In this document: one piece after another, positions 1 through 8,973 of the stretch | Layout: each line of letters opens with the position of its first letter | Numbering within the stretch: the stretch's first letter is position 1 | Source of the DNA: an uncultured Gemmataceae bacterium | Lineage (GTDB): Bacteria; Planctomycetota; Planctomycetia; Gemmatales; Gemmataceae | DNA: 32,000 bases | Direction of reading: 5' to 3' | Assembly: GCA_963804745.1 (NCBI GenBank) | Contig: CAWDRY010000006.1 | Span: 8,668 to 40,667 of the forward strand | Notes under the pieces: generated by a model | What the model was told of the DNA's origin: nothing | Database searches by the model: none | Seen by the model: the letters and a program-made list of their open reading frames with translations, nothing else | Position numbers and translations under genes: made by a program

Positions 1-69
1 CGGAGCATGGTTGCCAGTCGCTCCCGCAAACGTGCTGCCACCCGGCCGGCTTTTCTTTCCCGTCGGCCG

Positions 70-1452
70 TCACTTCCATTCCAGCCACTCGCTCAGCTTG
101 TCGCGGTCCAGGCGGATCAACTGGCCGCCCGGCGAAACGATCCATACTGCCCTGGGTGTTTGCACAATCGCATTGCGGCCGGAGTGCAGGGGGCTGACAA
201 CCCATTGACCTGGCTTCTTCGTCGGTACTAAGGTCTGGGAGAGCAAGAACAGCTTCTGGCCCGCGAGTGCCAAGGACCGCGGCACGTCGGTCGAAAATGG
301 CGGGGACGGGAGGGGCGTGCGCGCGTACGCCTTCCACTTCCCGCCGGCAAGGCGAGCCAGCACAACGGTCTTCGTCACCGGGCCGTATTGACCGGGTTTG
401 CCGTGTGGGATTTCGTTCTTGCCGTGTGGGATACCGTCGCCCTTACCGTGTTCGATACGGGTGTAGTCGCCTTCAACGCCGTCGCCCTCGCGGAAGGCGA
501 CCCACAACGAGTCGCCCACTGTTTGCATCAGCGTGACCCAGCGGACCGGGCGGTCATCGATTCGGTCGATCCGCTGCCAACGTGCGACTTTGGGATCGAA
601 CACGCAAAGTCCGCCTGGCCCCCATTCTTTTTTGTCCGGGTCGTAAATATCGACGCACGCGGCCCAGAGCTTCCCCTCGGCCACTACCAGGTGGGTGATA
701 ATGTTGCTCGCCAGGCACTCTTTCATGGTGTGATGAACGGCTGCGCCGCCGCCCTTGGGCTTGGTTTCCAGGTAGGCAAGGTCGTTTAGTTCTCGAAGGA
801 TCGTTGTCCAGTTCTCATTGCGCTCTGTCTTGTTCCTGCTGCGACGTTTCTCCGAATTGAGAAACCCGGCCGGCTGCATTGCCTGCCAGGTCTGGCCGTT
901 GAACTCGATCGTGACAGCGGGTAGATACTCCCAGTCCGGTTTGGTCTTGAGGTCAGGTTTGCCAGGGGCATCGAGTACACCAGGACCGACCAGGCGAGGA
1001 ATGTATTGTTGCCTGGGTGGGGGGAACTCACCGGGCCGCACTTCTGGCCAGCCGTTGGCGATGGTCCGGCGCCCGGCCACGCGGCCTGTTTTGCGGTCGA
1101 ACAGGACCCCACTTTGCCCGTAGTCAACGGCGATCCGCTCCGGGCCGACGAACACGCCTTTGGACTCGGCCTCGTAGGTGAAAACCTGCACTGCGTCTCG
1201 GGGAATGGCGATGCCCTTGGGGGCGATGGTCTTTTCGCCGCCGGGTGTCGGGGTTGCCAGAGGTGGGTGAATCGGAGTCGGAGTGGGGATGTCCTTGGGA
1301 ATGATGGTATTGTCGTCCTTGAATGTACCCGATCCCACTGTCAAAATCTCACGGAACTCCAGCCGGCTCGGCCCAGCCGGTTCATCCGCTGCATGCACGC
1401 TCGCCGATGCAAGCGCTGCGACCACCAGTACACTGGTTAACTTCGTTTTCAT
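70..1452 (-). CDS. secreted hypothetical protein
   Basis: 460-aa ORF. AAGGAG lies 5 nt upstream of the ATG at 1452. N-terminus MKTKLTSVLVVAALASASVHA/ADEP looks like a signal peptide. No family recognised by eye. Confidence 0.6.
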   Translation of the reverse strand: MKTKLTSVLVVAALASASVHAADEPAGPSRLEFREILTVGSGTFKDDNTIIPKDIPTPTPIHPPLATPTPGGEKTIAPKGIAIPRDAVQVFTYEAESKGVFVGPERIAVDYGQSGVLFDRKTGRVAGRRTIANGWPEVRPGEFPPPRQQYIPRLVGPGVLDAPGKPDLKTKPDWEYLPAVTIEFNGQTWQAMQPAGFLNSEKRRSRNKTERNENWTTILRELNDLAYLETKPKGGGAAVHHTMKECLASNIITHLVVAEGKLWAACVDIYDPDKKEWGPGGLCVFDPKVARWQRIDRIDDRPVRWVTLMQTVGDSLWVAFREGDGVEGDYTRIEHGKGDGIPHGKNEIPHGKPGQYGPVTKTVVLARLAGGKWKAYARTPLPSPPFSTDVPRSLALAGQKLFLLSQTLVPTKKPGQWVVSPLHSGRNAIVQTPRAVWIVSPGGQLIRLDRDKLSEWLEWK

Positions 1453-1914
1453 GACGGACTCCTTTGCGGGTTGTGCGAACCTGGGCTGATTGTAACCCGA
1501 ATTAGCAGGGATGATTGTAACGTGTTTGTAACAACCTCAGTGAGCAAGAGGTGTTTTGCTATCAGATCGGTGTGAATGTTTCTGTCCCCGGCCCCTTTTC
1601 GCTTCTCCAGAACCATTGCCGTTTTTGCCGGTAAAAAAGGGGTCGGCGACACCGGCATTTTGACGCATGTTCAAGTTATCACACATCTTATGACGCGGCA
1701 CCGGGTGCCGGTTTGCAAAAGTACCGGCAAAGGAGAGGTAATATCTTAATTTGGGCATCGCATAACTGCCATTGTGTCAAGTAGTTGTGGCAACGGTTGT
1801 GACTAATGCCCAATTCCTTGAGCTGCTTTAGTTCCTTGATTTCCTTCAAGCCCGCGTCGGTTACCAGTGTTCATGTCCTTGACGCTGTCCTTTTCGGTAC
1901 ACTACCATGACAAT

Positions 1915-2112
1915 ATGAAAGTACGCGAAGTCATCAAGCTCATCGAAGCCGAGGGCTGGTTCTGGGTCCGGACCAAAGGCGATCACCGGCAGTTCCATCA
2001 CGCCACCAGGCCAGGAACCGTTACAGTGGCAGGCAAACTCTCGGAGGCGGTTCCACCGGGCACCCTCAACAGCATTCTCAGGCAAGCCGGTCTCAAAGGA
2101 GGTTCACAATGA
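1915..2112 (+). CDS. hicA: HicA-family toxin (mRNA interferase)
   Basis: Internal ATG at 1915 of ORF 1867..2112 gives MKVREVIKLIEAEGWFWVRTKGDHRQFHH...VPPGTLNSILRQAGL, the HicA/YcfA pattern (G-x-H...GTL..IL+QAGL). The stop overlaps the next gene start (ATGA). Confidence 0.85.
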   Translation: MKVREVIKLIEAEGWFWVRTKGDHRQFHHATRPGTVTVAGKLSEAVPPGTLNSILRQAGLKGGSQ

Positions 2113-2324
2113 AGTATCTGGTCGTCATCGAAAAAGGTCCTACCAGCTTCGGAGCATATGTTCCCGATCTGCCCGGTTGCGTGGCGGTGGCGAAGACCCG
2201 ACGCGAGGTTAAGCGCCTGATCCGCGAGGCGATCCAACTGCACGTCGAAGACATGCGCAACCGTGGCGACCCCATCCCCAAACCGACTGCCGGCAGCGAA
2301 TTCGTGGAACTGCAATCAGCATGA
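2109..2324 (+). CDS. hicB: HicB-family antitoxin (UPF0150-type)
   Basis: MKYLVVIEKGPTSFGAYVPDLPGCVAVAKTRREVKRLIREAIQLHVE matches the HicB N-terminal pattern (Y.a.vPDLPGC...g.T.eEa...i.EAI..H.e). 4-nt overlap with hicA. Confidence 0.85.
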   Translation: MKYLVVIEKGPTSFGAYVPDLPGCVAVAKTRREVKRLIREAIQLHVEDMRNRGDPIPKPTAGSEFVELQSA

Positions 2325-2604
2325 TCCTTGACAGGCTCCGCTCTTGCCTTGCCTGGCTCAGCTTCCAGAATGGATTGGCCCGGCAGAAAGAAATGCACCG
2401 GGTGCCCACCTCTTCGTGGGCATACTGTTCAACCATGCGCATGCGGACACGGGAATGGCACCCGGCGGTTGATTGCTCGCCCGCTGGCGCAAGGTCTGCC
2501 GGCGATGCCACGCGTGCCGTATCGCCGGACCGGGAATCGGAGGTCTCTCGGACCCGCGCTGACTTTGCCTGTTCCAGATGGCAGATACCGCCACCTACTG
2601 ATCC

Positions 2605-4002
2605 TCATTCATTACCCTGATCCTCATTATCGATCATGAGCGTCGGCAATGCCTTCTGGAGTCTCGCGACTCCTGCGCGTGTTACCTTCGTATTGCCCGT
2701 ACATAGGTGCCGCAGGTTCTTCAGCCCGGCCAGTTCCTTCAGACCCGCGTCCGTCACCTTGGTATAGCTAAGGTTCAGCGTTTGCAAGCTTTTCAGCCCG
2801 GCCAGTTCCTTCAGACCCGCGTCCGTCACCTTGGTAAAGCTAAGGTTCAGCGTTTGCAGGCTTTTCAGCCCGGCCAGTTCCTTCAGACTCGCGTCCGTCA
2901 CCTGGGTGTGGTCAAGGTACAGCGTTTGCAGGCTTTTCAGCCCGGCCAGTTCTTTCAGGCCCGCGTCCGTTACCACCCGGCTGTCGCCAAGGTACAGCGT
3001 TTGCAAGCTCTTCAGCCCGGCCAGTTCCTTCAAGCCCACGCCCGTGACCTTGGTGCCGTAAAGGCCCAGCGTTTGCAAGCTCTTCAGCCCGGCCAGCTCC
3101 TTCAGCCCCGCGTCCGTTATCTGGGTGTCGACAAGCTTCAGCTCCTGCAAGCTCTTCATCCCGGCCAACTCCTTCAGCCCCGCGTCCGTCACCTGGGTGT
3201 GGTCAAGGTACAGCGTTTGCAAGCTCTTCAGCCCGGCCAGTTCCTTCAGCCCCGCGTCCGTCGTCTGGGTGCTCGAAAGGTACAGCCCAGTTGGTGACTC
3301 AATGGCAGCCAGTAAATGCTTCAGATTGAGGTCGGTCACGGCGAAAGGAAGGGAGAGGCTTTTCAGCTTGAGACCGGCCAGTTCCTTCAGCCCCGCGCCC
3401 GTTACCTGGGTTTGTTCAAGGCCCAACGCTCGCAGGCTCTTCAGTCCGGCCAACTCCTTCAGGCCAGCGTCAGTTACCTTCGTGCCACGGAGGTTCAGCG
3501 CTTGCAGGTTCTTCAGTCCGGCCAACTCCTTCAGGCCAACGTCGGTTACCTTCGTGCAACTGAGGCTCAGCGATTGAAGGTTCTTGAACCCAGCCAACTC
3601 CTTCAGACCCGCGTCCGTTAGCGCCGGGTTACCGAACACCAGACCAAATGGTGTTTGCGGCTGCGGCAGCTTGGCCACGCCTTCGGGCGTCCAGTTCCGC
3701 GCATAGCGGAAACCAAAGGCAGGCATAAAGCCTTTCTTGTCCCCCCCCAGTTGACCCAACTCCGCATCCGCTGTCTCGAATTGGCCGTAGAGTTGATCCG
3801 CTGCCATCCAGCCGACCGAGGCGCCCGCTTTTTTCCAGGCGGCAACCACGTCTGCCGGCAATTCCCGCACCTGGTTCGCTTTGTTAGTAGCTTGACCGCC
3901 AGGCTCGGTATTTTTGGGATTGTCTTGCTTCGCGGCAGGGCCTTCCGTGCGACCGATGCCAGGGATGACTGCCAGTACCAGAACAATAACAACGTTGCGC
4001 AT
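2605..4002 (-). CDS. secreted leucine-rich-repeat protein
   Basis: 465-aa ORF. AGGAGA RBS upstream of the ATG at 4002. Signal peptide MRNVVIVLVLAVIPGIG. At least 13 tandem 24-25-aa LRR units LKELAGLKSLQTLxLxxTxVTDAG. Confidence 0.85.
   Translation of the reverse strand: MRNVVIVLVLAVIPGIGRTEGPAAKQDNPKNTEPGGQATNKANQVRELPADVVAAWKKAGASVGWMAADQLYGQFETADAELGQLGGDKKGFMPAFGFRYARNWTPEGVAKLPQPQTPFGLVFGNPALTDAGLKELAGFKNLQSLSLSCTKVTDVGLKELAGLKNLQALNLRGTKVTDAGLKELAGLKSLRALGLEQTQVTGAGLKELAGLKLKSLSLPFAVTDLNLKHLLAAIESPTGLYLSSTQTTDAGLKELAGLKSLQTLYLDHTQVTDAGLKELAGMKSLQELKLVDTQITDAGLKELAGLKSLQTLGLYGTKVTGVGLKELAGLKSLQTLYLGDSRVVTDAGLKELAGLKSLQTLYLDHTQVTDASLKELAGLKSLQTLNLSFTKVTDAGLKELAGLKSLQTLNLSYTKVTDAGLKELAGLKNLRHLCTGNTKVTRAGVARLQKALPTLMIDNEDQGNE
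2667..3618 (-). repeat. tandem 72-75-bp coding repeats (LRR units)
   Basis: Near-identical DNA units (cttcagcccggccagttccttcagacccgcgtccgtcacc...) recur through this span. They also create long spurious antisense ORFs. Confidence 0.8.
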
Positions 4003-4114
4003 AAGGTTTCTCCTGTAAAAGAGTGAAAACCGGATCCAAAATCGTCGGGTGGGTCGAACAACGCGAGGCCCACTCAGGGCTTCAGCCGCTGTCTGGCCGC
4101 CCGCGTTTCCTCTG

Positions 4115-5611
4115 TCAGTGACGCCCCTTCCGTTCCCGGATCGGCTCGATCAGGTCGCGGACGGCCACTGCCTCGTCAAGCTTGATCTCCTTGCATAATT
4201 GGTCCTGAAGGTTCTTCAACTCCGCGACCGCCTTGTCCCGTAGAGGATCGGTGTGCGATTTGGCCTTTTTGCCGATCTCAGCCAATTCCTGTTCGTGTTG
4301 CTCGTAGATTTTCCTGGCCGGCGGCGGCATGTCCTTGGTTGGAACTTCGCGCGCGCCGGCCTCGAGGCTGCGGATCAAGTCACGCACAGCCACCGCCTCA
4401 TCGAGCTTGGCCTCTCTACAGAAGGAATCCTGCACTTTCTTCAACTCGGTGGCCGTCTTTTCGTACCGCTTTCTGACCTCCGCTGCGGCCCGTTTCTCGA
4501 TTTCGGCGAACGTCTCCTCGAACTGCCGGACTGCCGCCGTCGCGGCCGGCGGCAACTGAACGGGCGGTGACGCATCAGCGGCCTGGCGGCCAGGCTTGTC
4601 CAAAGGCGTCTGCTGCGTGATTTGCGTAAACCGGTACACCCGCTCGACCTTGAAGCTCACGGCAGCCAAAGGGCCCTTCTTGAACTCGGAACTGGTTATA
4701 CCATTCCTGGTCGTGGCTCGGTACTTGTCAAATTCGGGCAAGATGGTCACCATCACGATCCCGCTCTCTCCGGCCTTGAGCGCGCCGCTGTGGACTGCCG
4801 CCATGCCCAGATGCGATCCGCTGGCGTAGACGATGGTGCCGTAGAGGTTAAAACCTTTCTCCACGCCGGTGACCTCATAGTAGAACCTCCTGCCGATGTC
4901 CGTGTCCCGATGGTCCAGGTAACCCCCGGCCGGCACAGCATTGGCCACCCTGTCCTTGATCGCACGGCTCAGGTCGCGCACCGCTACCGCCTCGTCGAGC
5001 TTATCCTCTTTCCAGGACAGGTCCTCCAGCTCCTTTAGCTTCGTGTGTAACTTGTCCTGTTCCTTCTTGAGTTCCGCCTCGCCAGTCTTGTAGAGTGCTG
5101 CCTGCTCAGACATCAGGACCACGTAGCCGGCAGCCTTTTTGCCCTGGGATCGGATTTTCCCGGTCTCAAGCGCGATGATGGAATTCTGGACCGCCACGGC
5201 ATCGTCGAGCTTGGCTTCCTTGCAGAGCCGGTCCAGCTCCATTTTCAACTCCCCAAGTTTCTTTTCTCGCCACTTCTTGACTTCCAACTCGGTCTTCTTT
5301 TCGATCTCGCCAGCCGAGTCCTCGTATTGTTTGAGCACCTCTTTCGCGGCCGGCGGCGGCGGAATGGAGCAGCATGCCGCAGGTTGCGGTGGTGGATATG
5401 GTGGGGGGAACCCAGGTGGAAGAAGATACGGGTATCCCGGATACGGGTTTGGCGGCGGGTATGGCGGCGGGTATGGCGGCGGCGGTGGCGAGGTGGGTTG
5501 GTACCCCGGCGGATAGACAAGATTTTGAGCCTGGACGATGGCAGTCAAGCCGCCTCCCACCAGCAGAACGGCCACCGCTCGCACGACAAACCGCTGAAAC
5601 GACGTAAACAT
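4115..5611 (-). CDS. secreted Pro-rich protein with a central LCCL-like domain and four helical repeat modules
   Basis: AGGAGG 7 nt upstream of the ATG at 5611. Signal or anchor MFTSFQRFVVRAVAVLLVGGGLTAIVQA. PPPPPYPPPYPPP tract. LYGTIVYASGSHLGMAAVHSGALKAGESGIVMVTILPEFDKYRATTRNGITSSEF resembles the LCCL core. Four modules end in C(K/R)E(A/I)KLD(E/D)AVAV(R/Q). Confidence 0.7.
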   Translation of the reverse strand: MFTSFQRFVVRAVAVLLVGGGLTAIVQAQNLVYPPGYQPTSPPPPPYPPPYPPPNPYPGYPYLLPPGFPPPYPPPQPAACCSIPPPPAAKEVLKQYEDSAGEIEKKTELEVKKWREKKLGELKMELDRLCKEAKLDDAVAVQNSIIALETGKIRSQGKKAAGYVVLMSEQAALYKTGEAELKKEQDKLHTKLKELEDLSWKEDKLDEAVAVRDLSRAIKDRVANAVPAGGYLDHRDTDIGRRFYYEVTGVEKGFNLYGTIVYASGSHLGMAAVHSGALKAGESGIVMVTILPEFDKYRATTRNGITSSEFKKGPLAAVSFKVERVYRFTQITQQTPLDKPGRQAADASPPVQLPPAATAAVRQFEETFAEIEKRAAAEVRKRYEKTATELKKVQDSFCREAKLDEAVAVRDLIRSLEAGAREVPTKDMPPPARKIYEQHEQELAEIGKKAKSHTDPLRDKAVAELKNLQDQLCKEIKLDEAVAVRDLIEPIRERKGRH

Positions 5612-5701
5612 AAAGCATCCTCCTGATTTGCCTCCAGCCACGCTGGAAGATGGTTCAATTGGCCGAAAACAACCTGCCTTGGATTAAGGGTTTACTGGAC
5701 C

Positions 5702-6547
5702 TCAATACGAGCACGTGACCTGAACGCGGACCGTGATGGGTGACGGGTTCGATTCCGAAGAAACACCATATGTATATGGACTGATCAATCCATAACTCGG
5801 TTGGTCCGTCAAGAAAGTAAAATCGTTTCCTGTCAGAACGTGGATCTCAACAACACTTATCTTGGCGTCTCCGACCGCGGCCTGCGCATTGGCCAGGGCT
5901 TCATCCACGGCTTTCTTGATGGCTTCCCAACGCGCCTCGCCGGCATTCTCGCTCGACCATTCGATCTTGGGTGCATTATGCGTGGTCCCAATGCCAGGAT
6001 AACTAAGGATGACACCGCCAGAAACCTGCGGGGCAGTTCCACCGTTCTCGGATGCGACATCGGCCAGCTTGGTAACGATGTCGCGCAGACTGTCTTCGTT
6101 CTTTTCCCGAATCGTCACGTGGAAAGTGGTGTGTGTCTGCTTGTTCTCAGCCGCAGGAGTGGGGTGTTTGGATCACCCAGTCTGGGAATGGATACCCATG
6201 GGATACTGCCCACCACCAAATGGTGGAGCGGTCACTGGGATGATGATCCCTATTGCGGCAGGAACAATCTGTATATCCACATTCTTGAAGTTCAAGGCTG
6301 TAAGGGCGTCTTTGATTTTTTTCACTTGCTTGGTGTTCTCATCCCGGACTTTCTTGGCATCAGCATCCACGGTGGTAACGACGAAAGTGATACGAGCCTT
6401 GTCCGGTTTCACGGACACCGTTGCGGAACCGGAGACAACGAGTTTGCGCTTGGCAGTTGCCGGTGTGTCCTGGCCGTGCGCGGGTGCAATCCACGCGCTT
6501 GACCACGCCAACAGAGCAAGGGCGGCAATTTTGCAAGAAGCAGACAT
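5702..6547 (-). pseudogene. SIMPL/DUF541-like secreted protein, paralog 1, interrupted by an in-frame TGA
   Basis: ORFs 6173..6547 and 5702..6118 are in the same frame and collinear with the intact paralog 8107..8973. They are separated by TGA at 6173-6175, after which the reading continues SKHPTPAAENKQTHTTFHVTIREKNEDS. GGAGG RBS before the ATG at 6547. Confidence 0.6.
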
Positions 6548-6799
6548 GAATCGACCTCCAAGAATGTTGTTGAATGGAAAACGACCGCATGCGAACCTAT
6601 CCGTCAGGTTACATGGTGAAGTATATGGGCGAGTGGTCCAGTGATTGATGACGGGGCTTGCGACTTTGGATCTGTTGAGTTTCTCTAGAAGGCACGGCCG
6701 GGGAATGAGCCATAGCCCGGTATGCCGCCGACAGGGACACCTGCGGGGAGACCGCCATAGCCTGCGGGGAGACCGCCAAAGGCTGCGGGGAAAGGGCTA

Positions 6800-7470
6800 A
6801 GGTACGGATTTGTCGCAAGCGGGTTTGCCACATAGGGGTTCGTCGCAAGCGGGTTTGCCACATACGGGTTTGCCATACGGGTTTGCCATTGCCACATAGG
6901 GGTTTGTCGCAAGCGGGTTTGCCACATACGGGTTTGCCACATAGGGATTTGTCGCGAGCGGGTTTGCCACATAGGGGTTTGCCACATACGGGTTTGTCGC
7001 GAGCGGGTTTGCCACATACGGGTTTGTCGCACGGGTTTGCCACATACGGGTTTGTCACATAGGGGTTTGCCACATACGGGTTTGTCGCATAGGGGTTTGC
7101 CACATACGGGTTTGTCGCGAGCGGGTTCGCCACATACGGGTTTGTCTGATACGGGACTGCCGGATACGGGTTTGTCGGATTATACGGGGTCGGATACGGG
7201 TTTGTCGGATTATACGGGGTCGGATACGGGTTTGTCGGATTATACGGGGTCGGATACGGGTTTGTCACATACGGGTTTGGCTGATACGGGTTTGTCACAT
7301 ACGGGTTTGTCACATACGGGTTTGGCTGATACGGGTTTGTCACATAAGGGTTTGTCCCGAACGGGTTTGGCTGATACGGGTTTGTCGCGAACGGGTTCGT
7401 CGCGAACGGGTTCGTCGCAAACTGGTTCATCGCGAACGGGTTTGTCGCAAACGGGTTTGTCACAAACGGA
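6800..7470. repeat. 15-nt periodic tandem repeat array (gggtttg(c/t)c(a/g)cata(c/g)-type)
   Basis: About 45 consecutive 15-nt units, all coding (5 aa per unit). Two aberrant 13-nt units lie at about 7021-7033 and 6866-6878, and one 21-nt unit at about 6879-6899. Confidence 0.85.
7161..7266. repeat. perfect 30-bp tandem repeat, 3.5 copies
   Basis: cggatacgggtttgtcggattatacggggt occurs at 7161, 7191 and 7221, with a partial copy from 7251. It encodes the decapeptide NPYPTPYNPT on the minus strand. Confidence 0.9.
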
Positions 7471-7932
7471 GAGGTGCCGGCGCCCTGCGATCCGTAGGTG
7501 GTGATGTTGATATTGGTCTTGGTGATGTTGATTAGAGCGGCATGAGAGAACGTGGCGCTTAGCAACAGCCCCGCCATGGCTGTACCGATGACGGCCGTTG
7601 GTCGCAGAAATTGCTGGAGAAACCTCATGATAGCACTCTGGGAGAGCAACGCGAAGGAACGGGACAGCACGTGCGTTGCCTGCGAACCATCCCGATGGTC
7701 ATGGGCCCCGCGGTTTAGGCTTGAACCAAGTCGCCTGGCCTTGTCGGCTCCAGGATACTCACAAGAGAGACGTTTCCCAGGCGATAACTTGCGCGCCTTT
7801 TTCTTTTTTTTGGCAGTGCCTCAAGTTTAAGAATCAGTGGAGTTTGCGTCTCATGGTGAACCTGGCAAGGGTAGGAAAGGACCGAATCCCGCATCCTTCG
7901 GAGAAAAAGGCGAGCGGCAAGACTTAATTTAC

Positions 7933-7985
7933 CTTCGCTTGCGCGTCAGGCTTGTGTGGGATACAAGCCTGACGCGCAAGCGAAG
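7933..7985 (-). terminator. 23-bp perfect hairpin downstream of the SIMPL-like gene (terminator or REP-like)
   Basis: cttcgcttgcgcgtcaggcttgt (7933-7955) is the exact reverse complement of 7963-7985, with a 7-nt loop. It lies 122 nt past the stop at 8107. No clear U-tract follows. Confidence 0.4.
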
Positions 7986-8106
7986 AGTAGGCTTGCACTT
8001 GCCACTCGCCTAAGCACAGACAAGGCGGACTTCAGCGGCATGAGCAGCAGCCGTGATCTCCTTCATTCAGCATGAATCCGCGGGCCGGGTCGTAAGGTCC
8101 GTTACT

Positions 8107-8973
8107 TCAATACGAGCACGTCACCTGAACGTGGACCGTGACGGGTGACGGGTTCGAATCCGAAGAAACACCATATGTAGTATATGTATATGGTGTATAT
8201 GGACTGAACAATCCATGACTCGATTTGTCCGTAATGAAAGTACCATCTCCTGTCACAACCTGGATCTCAACCTCAACAACAGTTATCTTGGCGTCTCCGG
8301 CCGTGGCCTGCGCATTGGCCAGGGCTTCATCCATGGCTTTCTTGATAGCTTCCCGACGCGCCTCGCCGGTATTCTCGCTCGACCATTCGATCTTGGGTCC
8401 ATTATGTGTGGACCCACTGCCATAATAAGCAGGGGGGAGGCCACCGCCAGAAACATCCTGCAGGGCAGTCCCACCGGTCTCGGATGCGACATCGGCCAGC
8501 TTGGTAACGATGTCGCGCAGACTGTCTTCGTTCTTTTCCCGGACCGTTAAATAGAAAGTGCTGTGTGTCTCCTTGTTCTCAGCCGGAGGAAGGGGGTTGA
8601 ATGGGCCACCAATGCCACCAGGACCAAATCCTTGGCCTGGACCAGCCCCGCCCTGAGCGGGCACCAGGACGGTACTTATTGCGGAAGGAACAACCTGTAT
8701 ATCCACATTCTTGAAGTTCAAAGCCGTAAGGGCGTCTTTGATTTTTTTTACTTGCTTGTTGTTCTCATCCCGGACTTTCTTGGCATCGGCATCCGTGGTG
8801 GTAACGACGAAAGTGATACGAGCCTTGTCCGCTTTCGCGGACACCGTTGCGGTACCAGAGACAACGAGTTTGCGCTTGGCAGTTGCCGGTGCGTCCTGGC
8901 CGTTCGCGGGCGCCAACCACGCGATTGACGAGGCCAACAGAGCAAGAGCAGCGATTTTGCAAGAAGCAGACAT
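8107..8973 (-). CDS. SIMPL/DUF541-like secreted protein, paralog 2 (intact)
   Basis: GGAGG RBS and ATG at 8973, identical in context to paralog 1. Signal peptide MSASCKIAALALLASSIAWLAPANG. KLVVSGTATVSAKADKARITFVV...DALTALNFKNVDIQ fits the SIMPL/BP26-like pattern as I remember it. Confidence 0.6.
   Translation of the reverse strand: MSASCKIAALALLASSIAWLAPANGQDAPATAKRKLVVSGTATVSAKADKARITFVVTTTDADAKKVRDENNKQVKKIKDALTALNFKNVDIQVVPSAISTVLVPAQGGAGPGQGFGPGGIGGPFNPLPPAENKETHSTFYLTVREKNEDSLRDIVTKLADVASETGGTALQDVSGGGLPPAYYGSGSTHNGPKIEWSSENTGEARREAIKKAMDEALANAQATAGDAKITVVEVEIQVVTGDGTFITDKSSHGLFSPYTPYTYTTYGVSSDSNPSPVTVHVQVTCSY

Larger units (their letters stand above)
6685..7628 (-). pseudogene. secreted pentapeptide-repeat (NPYVA/NPFAT) protein; the repeat reading spans three frames as sequenced
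   Basis: Signal peptide MRFLQQFLRPTAVIGTAMAGLLLSATFSHA, then more than 40 N-P-(Y/F)-x-x units. The NPY reading leaves the frame of ORF 6609..7670 at about 7030. It continues in ORF 6797..7045, switches again at about 6870 into ORF 6685..7032, and ends ...GGIPGYGSFPGRAF*. Confidence 0.55.

Noticed and set aside
2707-3621. Long plus-strand ORFs (2707..3297, 3125..3577, 3316..3621 and others) with repetitive QPGQFLQ / SPASSF sequences
   Set aside because: They are antisense or alternative-frame readings of the tandem LRR repeats. They have no start context or signal, and their periodicity mirrors that of the minus-strand LRR gene.
6173-6175. In-frame TGA as a selenocysteine codon
   Set aside because: The intact paralog has no Cys or Sec at the aligned position, which is a Gly/Pro-rich linker. 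I saw no obvious stem-loop immediately downstream, and no selenoprotein family context is recognised. A nonsense mutation or a base error is simpler.
6800-7470. Possible CRISPR array, suggested by the regular short repeats
   Set aside because: The units are 15 nt and directly abutting, with no unique spacers. They are entirely coding, and there are no cas genes in the window.
7037-7504. Plus-strand 155-aa ORF with GLSHTGL repeats
   Set aside because: It is an antisense reading of the 15-nt repeat array. The minus-strand reading has a signal peptide and a proper N-terminal non-repeat region.
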